From an uncultured Chloroflexia bacterium (GTDB lineage: Bacteria; Chloroflexota; Dehalococcoidia; UBA2979), in NCBI GenBank assembly GCA_963728205.1, contig CAVSIV010000001.1, forward strand, positions 1,088,001 through 1,152,000: a stretch of 64,000 bases of DNA, read 5' to 3'. The notes beneath the pieces are model-generated. The model was given only the letters and a program-made list of their open reading frames with translations. It was not told where the DNA came from and did not search any database. Every line of letters starts with the position of its first letter. The stretch's first letter is position 1. Shown here one piece after another: positions 47,838 through 56,022 of this stretch. The translations under genes were made by a program, and so were the position numbers.

Positions 47838-48071
47838 GTGGTCAAGGCCTACGTCCTGATCGTCACATCGCCCGGCGCCACGCGCCGGGTCGCGCTCGCG
47901 CTCAAGGACATCGCGCACGTGACCGAGGTCCACGAGGTGATGGGCCCGTACGACATCGTCGCGGTGATCGAAGCCGAGCAGCTCACCGACGTCCCGCCGA
48001 TCCTCGCCGAGAACATCCGCACGCTCGACGGCATCCAGTCGACGACGTCGCTGGTCGCGTTCCCGATCTAG
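47838..48071 (+). CDS. Stand-alone Lrp/AsnC ligand-binding (RAM) domain protein
   Basis: KAYVLI, VMGPYDIVA, GIQSTTSLV motifs; SD GAGGAGG. Confidence 0.85.
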   Translation: MVKAYVLIVTSPGATRRVALALKDIAHVTEVHEVMGPYDIVAVIEAEQLTDVPPILAENIRTLDGIQSTTSLVAFPI

Positions 48072-48076
48072 CGCGC

Positions 48077-49384
48077 CTACCCGCCGCCGGCCGTCTCCGC
48101 GGTCGCGCGCGCCGCCTCGAGCGTCGGCATGGCGCGCAGCTCCGCCGAGACGAGGTACAGCGACGCCGCGAACGCCGACACGAGGAGCGCGCCGAGGGCG
48201 ACCATCAGGCGGGTGCCGATCAGCTCCGCGCCGGCCCCCGCGACGAAGCCGCCGACGGACGTGAGGAACCACGTCATCGACCACACGCCCATCACCCGGC
48301 CGCGCAGTTCGTTCGGCACGAGCACCTGCAGCGTCGTCATCCCGAGGTTGAGGTAGACCGACGACACGAAGCCGGCGCAGAACAGCAGCACGAGCGAGAG
48401 CGGCAGCCACTGGCTCATGGCGAAGGCGGCGACGACCAGGCCGTACAGCGTCGCCGCGCCGATCATCAGGGGCCCGCGGTGCTGGCCCCCGCCGACGCGC
48501 ACGATCGACAGCGTGCCGAGCAGCGCGCCCACGCCGGTCGCCGCGCCCATGAAGCCGAAGCCCTGCGAGCCGACCTTGAGGATGGTGTTCGCGAAGACCG
48601 GCAACAGGATCTCGTACGACATCCCGAAGATCGAGCTGAAGAACGACAGACCCATGACGGCGAGGAAGAGCCGGTTGCCGAAGATGTAGCGCAGTCCGGA
48701 CAGCATCCCACGGCCGGGCGTCCCGCCCGACGCGCGCAGCGCATCGGGCGACTCATCGAGCGGACGGAAGCGCAGCCGCCCGAGCAGGAACGTCGAGACG
48801 GCGAAGCCCACCGCCGTGACGAAGAACGCCTGGCCGGTGCCGATGATCGCGATCAGCACGCCCGCGCTGGCGGGGCCGACGATACGCATGCTGTTCCAGA
48901 TCGCGCTGTTGAAGGCGACGGCGCTCGGCATCGCCCGCATCTCGATCAGCCGCGGCAGGATCGCCTGCAGCGGCGGATTCCCGAGCGACGTCAACGTCCC
49001 CGACACCAGCGCCCACGCGATCACGAGCCAGATGTTCACGACCCCCGTGAGGATCGCGATCGCGAGCCCGAAGTGCGCGACCGTCGAGAGCCCCTGGCTG
49101 ACGACGAGGAGCCGCTTGTTGTCGACCCGGTCGGCGAGCTCGCCCGCAGGCACGCTGAACAGGATCGACGGCATCGCCACGCAGAGCTCCACCGTCCCGA
49201 GCCAGAACGGTGACCGATGGAGCACGGAGTAGACGAGCCACCCCGAGCCGAAGATGCGGAACTGCAGCCCGAAGACACGGGCGATCGACGCGAACCAGTA
49301 CTGGCGGTACGCGGCGTACGAGAACGCGCCCCAGCGCGGGGGTGCAGACGAGGGGGGCGAAGGCGAAGGCGAGGCGTCGCTCAC
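48077..49384 (-). CDS. MFS transporter
   Basis: About 12 TM segments; GELADRVDNKR motif A; VPNELRGRVMG. Confidence 0.9.
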   Translation of the reverse strand: MSDASPSPSPPSSAPPRWGAFSYAAYRQYWFASIARVFGLQFRIFGSGWLVYSVLHRSPFWLGTVELCVAMPSILFSVPAGELADRVDNKRLLVVSQGLSTVAHFGLAIAILTGVVNIWLVIAWALVSGTLTSLGNPPLQAILPRLIEMRAMPSAVAFNSAIWNSMRIVGPASAGVLIAIIGTGQAFFVTAVGFAVSTFLLGRLRFRPLDESPDALRASGGTPGRGMLSGLRYIFGNRLFLAVMGLSFFSSIFGMSYEILLPVFANTILKVGSQGFGFMGAATGVGALLGTLSIVRVGGGQHRGPLMIGAATLYGLVVAAFAMSQWLPLSLVLLFCAGFVSSVYLNLGMTTLQVLVPNELRGRVMGVWSMTWFLTSVGGFVAGAGAELIGTRLMVALGALLVSAFAASLYLVSAELRAMPTLEAARATAETAGGG

Positions 49385-49391
49385 CGTCGGG

Positions 49392-50231
49392 TCACCGCGC
49401 GTGCGCGCCGAGGAACGCGTCGGCCGCGGCGAGCCACTCGTGCTCCATATCGAGGTAGGTCGAGTGGCCGGCCTGCTCGAGCGTCACCGATCGTGCGGTC
49501 GGGATGGCCATGTCCATGTCCTGGAGCGTCTGGGCGTCGAGCACCTGCGAGCGCCCGCCGCGGATGAAGAGGATGGGGCGCGAGATGGTGCGCGCCTCGT
49601 CCCACAGGTCCTCGGGTTCCCAGTGCAGCGGCGCGCTCGGGTCGTGCTTCGGCTGGAAGCCGCCGTCGACGGCGCGCAGCGTCTCGCGCGCCATCTGCTG
49701 GTGCGCCCACTCCGGCGTGAGCGGCGATGTCTCGCGGCGCGGCGCGATCCAGTCCTCGACGGTTGCGAACGTGCGATGGCGCCCGCCGGGATACTGCGCC
49801 GCCCGGTCGACCTCCGCGGCGCGCGCGATCGCGGGCGGGATGTCGTTCGCGATCGCGCAGATCACACGGTCGGGATGGCGCGCGGTGTAGGCGATCGTGT
49901 GATGCCCGCCCATCGACTGTCCGACGAGGACGAAGCGCTCGAGCCCCAGCGCGTCGACGAACTGCTCGAGGTCGGACATGTAGTCGGCGGTGCGGTAGTG
50001 GTCGGCCGGCGCCCACTCCGAGTCGCCGTGGCCGCGCTGGTCGAGGGCGATCACGCGGTAGCGCGTCGCATAGTGCTCCGCGACGCGACGCCAGCCGCCC
50101 CAGGCGCTGGTGAGGCCGTGGAGCATGAGCATCGTCGTGGCGCCGGGGGAGGGCTCGGCATACTCGACATAATGGAGATGCAGGCCGTTGATCTCGGTCT
50201 CGTGGCTCGCCGGCTCGACCGCGGTCGTCAT
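49392..50231 (-). CDS. Alpha/beta hydrolase
   Basis: LHG, DQRGHGDS, GQSMGG nucleophile elbow, AGH. Confidence 0.92.
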   Translation of the reverse strand: MTTAVEPASHETEINGLHLHYVEYAEPSPGATTMLMLHGLTSAWGGWRRVAEHYATRYRVIALDQRGHGDSEWAPADHYRTADYMSDLEQFVDALGLERFVLVGQSMGGHHTIAYTARHPDRVICAIANDIPPAIARAAEVDRAAQYPGGRHRTFATVEDWIAPRRETSPLTPEWAHQQMARETLRAVDGGFQPKHDPSAPLHWEPEDLWDEARTISRPILFIRGGRSQVLDAQTLQDMDMAIPTARSVTLEQAGHSTYLDMEHEWLAAADAFLGAHAR

Positions 50232-50375
50232 GGCCTCGGGTCCCCTCGTGCGCGGACTGGCGTCGTCGGATGGGCGCGACTCTACCAGAGGCCGGCGGCC
50301 GCCGGGGCCGCGATCGTGCCGCGCGTGCGTATGCTCCGCCGCACGAGGCGGCGGGCGGCGACGAGGAGGACGCGA

Positions 50376-50855
50376 ATGGCTGTGACGCTGGAGGCGGAGG
50401 ACCGGGCGCCGGCGTTCTCGCTGGCGGACCAGGACGGGAAGACGCACCGGCTCGCGGACTACGCCGGACAGACGGTCGTCCTCTACTTCTATCCGCGCGA
50501 CAACACGCCGGGCTGCACGGCGGAGGCGTGCTCGTTCCGCGACGAGTTCGCGGACATCAGAGATGCCGGGGCGGTCGTACTGGGGGTGTCGACGGACGAC
50601 GCCGCGTCGCACCGCAAGTTCCGGGAGGAGCACGGCCTCCCGTTCCCGCTGCTGGTCGACGTCGACGCGAAGGTCGCAACGGCCTACGGGGCGTGGGGCG
50701 AGAAGACGCTGTACGGGCGCAAGAGCATCGGGATGACGCGGTCGACGTTCGTGATTGGGCCCGACGGGCGCCTGCTCAAGGTGTGGAAGCGCGCGAAGGC
50801 CGCGGACCACGGGGCGGCCGTGTTGAAGGCGCTGCGCGAGGCGAAGGCGGGCTGA
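50376..50855 (+). CDS. bcp: Thioredoxin-dependent peroxiredoxin BCP
   Basis: YFYPRDNTPGCTAEACSFRD, RSTFVI motifs. Confidence 0.95.
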   Translation: MAVTLEAEDRAPAFSLADQDGKTHRLADYAGQTVVLYFYPRDNTPGCTAEACSFRDEFADIRDAGAVVLGVSTDDAASHRKFREEHGLPFPLLVDVDAKVATAYGAWGEKTLYGRKSIGMTRSTFVIGPDGRLLKVWKRAKAADHGAAVLKALREAKAG

Positions 50856-50966
50856 CGGAGTGCCGGTGTGGTCGCGGAGGCGGTCGCCGGGCGAGGGCGT
50901 CGGCCGGCCAGGCGCCTCGAGTGAAGCGACATAACCGGCACGACTGCTGCATCATCACTGGTTGCG

Positions 50967-51209
50967 TTAGGCAGCGAGAGCGATCGGGATCTTCTCGACG
51001 TAATCGAGGACGACGCGACCGCCGCAGCGGGAGCAGCGGAGACCCTGGGCGGTCTCGACGGCGTGCTGCGGGAGCGGTGCGCCTTCGCGTGGCATGACGT
51101 GGATGTCGCCCTTGCCGTGGGTCTCGGGGTGCGATTCGAAGTCCCCGAGGTACCGCGAGCAGGCGAAGCAGTGCATCTCACCGCGCAGGACGTGGACGTA
51201 GCTGGGCAT
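50967..51209 (-). CDS. Small Cys4 zinc-ribbon protein (80 aa) ending IALAA
   Basis: CFAC and CSRCGG; SD GAGG; own promoter upstream. Confidence 0.7.
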   Translation of the reverse strand: MPSYVHVLRGEMHCFACSRYLGDFESHPETHGKGDIHVMPREGAPLPQHAVETAQGLRCSRCGGRVVLDYVEKIPIALAA

Positions 51210-51234
51210 GGGGGCGTTCCTCTCGGGCCTACAG

Positions 51235-51294
51235 TACCCGGGTAGGGTATGAGTCGACGTGGAGACTATACCCCTACCCGGTATCGATTCGCAA
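51235..51294 (-). promoter_or_regulatory. Promoter TTGCGA-N18-TATAGT with two CsoR/RcnR-like operators
   Basis: TACCC-GGGTA-GGGTA (51235-51249) and TACCC-CTACC-CGGTA (51269-51283). Confidence 0.55.
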
Positions 51295-51772
51295 GGGTGT
51301 CCGGCGGAGGGTGAGCCGGCGGTGACGGCGGGCGGCCGCGCCAGGGCGAGAGCGGCGGGTCTGGTCCGGCACCGCGCGGCGCCCCGGTGCGGTCGGGACG
51401 CGGAAGGCTGAGGACAGAGGCGGCAACGCGGGTGGGCCGCGCGCTGCGAGCGGCGCGGAGCGGCGCGAGCGGTCCATGCTCGCGGCGGGCCGGGCTGCCG
51501 GAGGTCGCGGGCGGGGCCGGGCGCACCCGGATGCCGTGCGGGCGAAGCGCGACGGTTCGGCAGCGGGACTCCATGCCGGCCGGGGGCGTCGTCCGGACCT
51601 CCCGACGTACTTCGCACTATTGCAGTTATGTGCGAACGAACCGAGAGCGCTACGGTGCATGCGCCACACGCGGGGCGGCGAGCCCAAAGCTCCTCCATGC
51701 TAGACTGCGCGGACTCCCACGCACGTTTCCGGTCGGCGGACGCCGCAAATCGAGTTCCGCGAAGGGGTTCCC

Positions 51773-53125
51773 ATGAAGGCGGACGCGGCGCAGAAGGCGC
51801 TGGTCGGCTTTGTCGTCGCGCTGATCGCCGTGCTGCTCGTCGCCATGGGGTTCCTGGCGCGCGCGGTCACGGAGCCGCAGGCCGCGACGGTCGCGCAGGC
51901 TCCGGCGGCCGCCAGCGCGACTGCGCCGGTCTCGGCCACGACGCCGCCGGGCTCCGTCGACGGCCGCACGCTCGACGAGATCATCGGCATCCTCAAGACG
52001 GACTTCGTCGACCCGACGCGCGTGAACTCCGAGTACCTCTACGACGCCGCGATCAACGGGATGTTCCAGGCCCTCGGCGACCCGCACTCCACCTATCTCG
52101 ACCCCCAGACCTACACCGTCTCCAAGAGCGACTTCTCCGGCACCTTCCAGGGCATCGGCGCCACAGTGGCGCAACAGGGGAGTTATGTCGTGATCGTGCG
52201 CCCCCTGCCCGGCACGCCCGCCGCGCAGGCCGGCCTCAAGGCCGGCGACGTCGTCCTCAGCGTCGACGGCGCGGACGCGCAGGGCTGGACCGTCGAGCAG
52301 GCCGTGATCAAGATCCGCGGACCGCGGGGCACGGCGGTCGCGCTCAAGGTGAGGCACGTCGACGGCAGCGAGCAGACGCTCTCGATCGTGCGCGACGAGA
52401 TCCAGGTCGACTCCGTCACCACCGACCCGCCGACGGGGCCGCTGGCGACCGCGGACGGCACCCCGATCACCGACCTGGGTTACGTGCGCATCCGTCAAAT
52501 CACGCAGTCGACGCCGCAGGAGGTCCAGGCGGCCATCCAGCAGGCGACGAAGGCCGGCGACAAAGGCCTGTTGATCGACCTGCGCGGCAACCCCGGTGGG
52601 CTGCTGAACGAGACCGTGCAGCTCGCGGACATGTTCCTCGACAAGGGCACGATTCTCTCGCAGCAGGACCGCGACGGGAACGAGCAGTCCGCCTCCGCCA
52701 CGCCGGGGACACTGACCGACGTCCCGGTGGTAATCCTGCAGGACGAGTTCTCGGCGTCCGGCGCTGAGGTCTTCGCCGCGGCGCTGCAGGAGAACGGCCG
52801 GGCGACGGTCGTAGGCACCAAGTCCTTCGGTAAGGGCACGGTGAACCATCTGCGCGAGCTGTCGAACGGCGGAGCCGTGTACGTCTCGATCGGCCGCTGG
52901 CTGACGCCGCTGCACAACCAGATCGAGGGCCACGGCATCACCCCGGACGTGCCCGTCACCCTGACGACGAGCGACATCGAGTCCGGGCGCGATGTCACGC
53001 TGTTCCGCGCCATCGACGTCCTGCGCGAGGAGATCGCGACGGGCAAGCAGCGAATCATCGCGCCGGTCACGCCGACGCCGGTGACGACTGGGACCGCGAC
53101 CGCGACCGCTGCCGCCACGCCCTGA
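51773..53125 (+). CDS. ctpA: C-terminal processing protease (S41A, PDZ domain)
   Basis: LGDPHS, FQGIGA, DLRGNPGG, SASGAE, SFGKG motifs. Confidence 0.92.
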   Translation: MKADAAQKALVGFVVALIAVLLVAMGFLARAVTEPQAATVAQAPAAASATAPVSATTPPGSVDGRTLDEIIGILKTDFVDPTRVNSEYLYDAAINGMFQALGDPHSTYLDPQTYTVSKSDFSGTFQGIGATVAQQGSYVVIVRPLPGTPAAQAGLKAGDVVLSVDGADAQGWTVEQAVIKIRGPRGTAVALKVRHVDGSEQTLSIVRDEIQVDSVTTDPPTGPLATADGTPITDLGYVRIRQITQSTPQEVQAAIQQATKAGDKGLLIDLRGNPGGLLNETVQLADMFLDKGTILSQQDRDGNEQSASATPGTLTDVPVVILQDEFSASGAEVFAAALQENGRATVVGTKSFGKGTVNHLRELSNGGAVYVSIGRWLTPLHNQIEGHGITPDVPVTLTTSDIESGRDVTLFRAIDVLREEIATGKQRIIAPVTPTPVTTGTATATAAATP

Positions 53126-53234
53126 CCCGCTATCCTCTAGGCGGGCCCCTGCCCCATCGCACGCATCTCGTGCCTGTGCCCAATAGAATTATGTCGCGTA
53201 TGGCTGCGCGACGACCGCCCGAGAGGACGCGCGC

Positions 53235-53714
53235 GTGGCGAAGGCGACGAAGGCACCCGCCCGCGGCGCCACCATCACGGCGAACCGGCGGGCCGGCTAC
53301 GAATACGAGATCCTCCAGCGCTACGACGCCGGCATCGTGCTCCTCGGCTCCGAGATCAAGTCGATCCGGGCCGGCAAGGTCAACCTCGGCGAGGGCTACG
53401 CGCGCCTGAAGGACGACGAGATCTTCCTGTATAATGTGCACATCGCCCAGTACGGGCCCGCACGTGAGAATCACGAGCCGACGCGACCTCGCAAGCTCCT
53501 GCTGCACCGTCGAGAGCTCGACCGGCTGCGCCAGGCGCTCGAGGAGCAGCCGAGGACCACGGTGATCCCGCTGCGGTTGTACCTTCACAACGGACTGGCA
53601 AAGCTCGAGATCGGGCTCGCGCGCGGTCGTCGTCAGTACGACAAGCGGCAGGCCATCAAGAAGCGCGAGGCCGACCGCACGATGCAGCGTGCGGTGCGCC
53701 ACGCGCAGCGCTGA
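53235..53714 (+). CDS. smpB: SsrA-binding protein
   Basis: ANRRA, GIVLLGSEIKS, RPRKLLLH, GRRQYDKR motifs. Confidence 0.97.
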   Translation: MAKATKAPARGATITANRRAGYEYEILQRYDAGIVLLGSEIKSIRAGKVNLGEGYARLKDDEIFLYNVHIAQYGPARENHEPTRPRKLLLHRRELDRLRQALEEQPRTTVIPLRLYLHNGLAKLEIGLARGRRQYDKRQAIKKREADRTMQRAVRHAQR

Positions 53715-53766
53715 CTCGAGCAGCAACCAGTTCGTGCCGACTCTGTTGAGTGAGTCGCTCTCTCGT

Positions 53767-54124
53767 GGGGACGACAGGATTCGACAGGTGCGCACGGACG
53801 CGGATTGCGGGTCGAGGTGCCATCACCCTCGTAAATCAGGTGGCAAAAAGTAACTGGCGAAACTCAACTCGCCCTCGCTGCTTAATTAAGTAGCGACGTG
53901 GCGCATGGTCTCCTCCCGACGGGCCATGTGCCGCGACGTTTAGTCGGGATGCTCGGCGCAGGTGGGCTGCAGGCCTGCGTTCGAAAAGATCACTGCCGCT
54001 GGCCACACTCGCCCTCGGTCGACGGAGGGGCTGTGGCGAGATAAACATCCGCCGGCTACACCCGTAGTAGATTCGCGACGCACGTACGCTGGACGGGGAG
54101 TTCGATTCTCCCCCGTCTCCACCA
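53767..54124 (+). ncRNA. ssrA: tmRNA; tag peptide (A)GETQLALAA at 53856-53885
   Basis: 5' GGGGACG..GGATTCGAC; T-arm GTTCGATT; 3' CGTCTCCACCA with G3-U wobble; adjacent to smpB. Confidence 0.95.
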
Positions 54125-55589
54125 ACTCCAAACCCGACATAATCTGCCGGGTCTCTTGCGCTGTGAGGAGCACTGCCCTGGAGTGCTCCGTCCGCCGGAC
54201 GGCATGATCGAGCAGGCTGCGGAAGCCAGCCGTCGGCGTGATCGCACCGATCCGCTGCGACTCGATATCCACGTAGACGCGTTCGACGAGCGGATTGAGC
54301 AGGATCCGCTGCTCATCGCATGTTGCTCGCTCCCAGAGTGCCGGCATGTCCCCGAAGATCTCGGCGGCCTCCTCGTACGAGAGTCCGCTCAGCATCGTGG
54401 CGTTTCGCAGCTGCTGATCGAGCATCTTGCGAAGCCCCAGATACTCCCCTTCGCTGAATCCTCCGTCCGCGTACGCCCGGGCCAGCCGGCGTCGCCGCTC
54501 GTTCAGCTCGCCGATGTCTGGACCCTCGTACTCACGCGATGCGAGGTCGGCCATGCGCTCCCGCCAGTCCGGCTCGAACTCAATCGACCGCCAGATCTCG
54601 GCGATCTGCCAGTCGAGCCGCTCGGCCGACAGGCTCCGTCCGTTCGTCTGGCAGTGCACGCCGTGGCGCTCCCGGTAGAACGGATTCCCCAGCCCGTTTC
54701 GTTCCGAGTGCACCTTGCTTCCGCAGCGTCCGCAGTAGAGCCGGCCCTGGAGCAGTCCATGGCGCCCGGACGTCGAGCGGCGTGAGCGCGCTGGGCCGCG
54801 GCGCGCCTGAACCTCCTGGTACAGGCTCTCCGTGATCAGCGGCTCATGTAGGCCGCGGATCTCCTCCCCGCGATAGCGCACCAAGCCCACGTAGAACCGG
54901 TTGTTGAGCATGTCCTTCACCGCGAACGGTGTGAAGAGCGGGTTCTTCCCGCGCGGCCGGTACCCCTCCAGGTTGAGCCAGCGCGAGATCTCGCCGTGTG
55001 AGGCGCCCGTGGTCCGGCGCTCGAAGGCGATGCGCACTGCCCTGCGCTCGTCGGGATCGGGCACGGGCACCGCGCCGGCGCTGGCAGTTACGTAGCCGAA
55101 TGGGACCGGTCCGATGGGCAGGCCCTTTTCCGCGCGTTCGCGCTGTCCCTTGCTGACGTGCACGGCGAGTTGGTCGGAGAAGAACTCGGACACGCCGCCG
55201 ATCATCGTGAGCATGAGCTTGCCGGCGGGCGTCGTGAAGTCGATGTTCTCGGTGACGCTTGCAAAGCCGACCGTCGCCTCGCCGAGCCGTTGCAGCGCCT
55301 GCCGCTGAACGCCGACGTTTCGCGCCCAGCGATCGATGGTGTGGACGATGACCACGTCGAACGCGCCGCGTGACGCGTCCTCGAGGAGCGCGACGAGCTG
55401 CGGTCGCCGCTCGATCTTCTCGGTATGCGCGCTCACACCCTCGTCGGCATAGACGTGCACGAGGTCGAAACCCTGGCGCTCGCAGTACCGGGCAATCTCG
55501 CGCCGCTGCGCCGCGAGCGAGTGCCCTTCGGTCTGTTCCTCCGTCGAGACGCGCACATAGCCAGCCGCGCGCTGCTGCCGCTTATTCAT
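53940..55589 (-). CDS. Large serine recombinase (resolvase + recombinase + Zn-ribbon); last ~61 codons antisense to tmRNA
   Basis: GYVRVSTEEQ, DEGVSA, RPQL, DRWAR, PFGY, N.FY.G, HEPLI, LQGRLYCGRCG motifs. Confidence 0.93.
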   Translation of the reverse strand: MNKRQQRAAGYVRVSTEEQTEGHSLAAQRREIARYCERQGFDLVHVYADEGVSAHTEKIERRPQLVALLEDASRGAFDVVIVHTIDRWARNVGVQRQALQRLGEATVGFASVTENIDFTTPAGKLMLTMIGGVSEFFSDQLAVHVSKGQRERAEKGLPIGPVPFGYVTASAGAVPVPDPDERRAVRIAFERRTTGASHGEISRWLNLEGYRPRGKNPLFTPFAVKDMLNNRFYVGLVRYRGEEIRGLHEPLITESLYQEVQARRGPARSRRSTSGRHGLLQGRLYCGRCGSKVHSERNGLGNPFYRERHGVHCQTNGRSLSAERLDWQIAEIWRSIEFEPDWRERMADLASREYEGPDIGELNERRRRLARAYADGGFSEGEYLGLRKMLDQQLRNATMLSGLSYEEAAEIFGDMPALWERATCDEQRILLNPLVERVYVDIESQRIGAITPTAGFRSLLDHAVRRTEHSRAVLLTAQETRQIMSGLELVETGENRTPRPAYVRRESTTGVAGGCLSRHSPSVDRGRVWPAAVIFSNAGLQPTCAEHPD

Positions 55590-55790
55590 CCCCACTCCCC
55601 TGCCCGCGCGCCTGCCGTTCGCGTTCCCAGATCGCGCGCGCCACCCGAGCATATTCCCGGCAAAGATACTCGAGGGCGGGCGGCAGCTCCGCCGTCCGCC
55701 CGGCCCGGCGCCGGCCTCGCCCCGTCGCGCGAGGCCGTGACCCCGCCCGAGGCGACTCATTATGTCGCGTAGCCCGGTCCACGCCCAGCC

Positions 55791-55991
55791 CTACCCGGCC
55801 GCCCTGTCGTCAGGGATGCCTGCGGCGCGGAGCCGTTCTTCGAGCGCCGCGCGCGGTACTCGGATAAGCCGGCCAAGCCGAACCGAGGGAATCTCACCTC
55901 GGGCCACGAGCTCGTAGGCGAGGTTGCGCCCGATGCGGAGCAGCTTCGCCGCCTCGGGCACCGTCAGCAACGTTCCAGCGTCGTCCATCAT
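55791..55991 (-). CDS. Excisionase-like HTH (HTH_17) protein
   Basis: LLTVPEAAKLLRIGRNLAYELV..GEIPSVRLGRLIRVP. Confidence 0.9.
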   Translation of the reverse strand: MMDDAGTLLTVPEAAKLLRIGRNLAYELVARGEIPSVRLGRLIRVPRAALEERLRAAGIPDDRAAG

Positions 55992-56022
55992 GCTTCCTCG
56001 CTTCGTCGTGCGCGCGCGTGCG

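Noticed and set aside
51611-51636. Inverted repeat TTCGCAC-N12-GTGCGAA upstream of ctpA
   Set aside because: Single short inverted repeat with no second instance or recognisable regulator; insufficient support
53172-53199. Complete chromosomal dif site
   Set aside because: Only the XerD-like arm matches; no convincing XerC arm at 6-bp spacing
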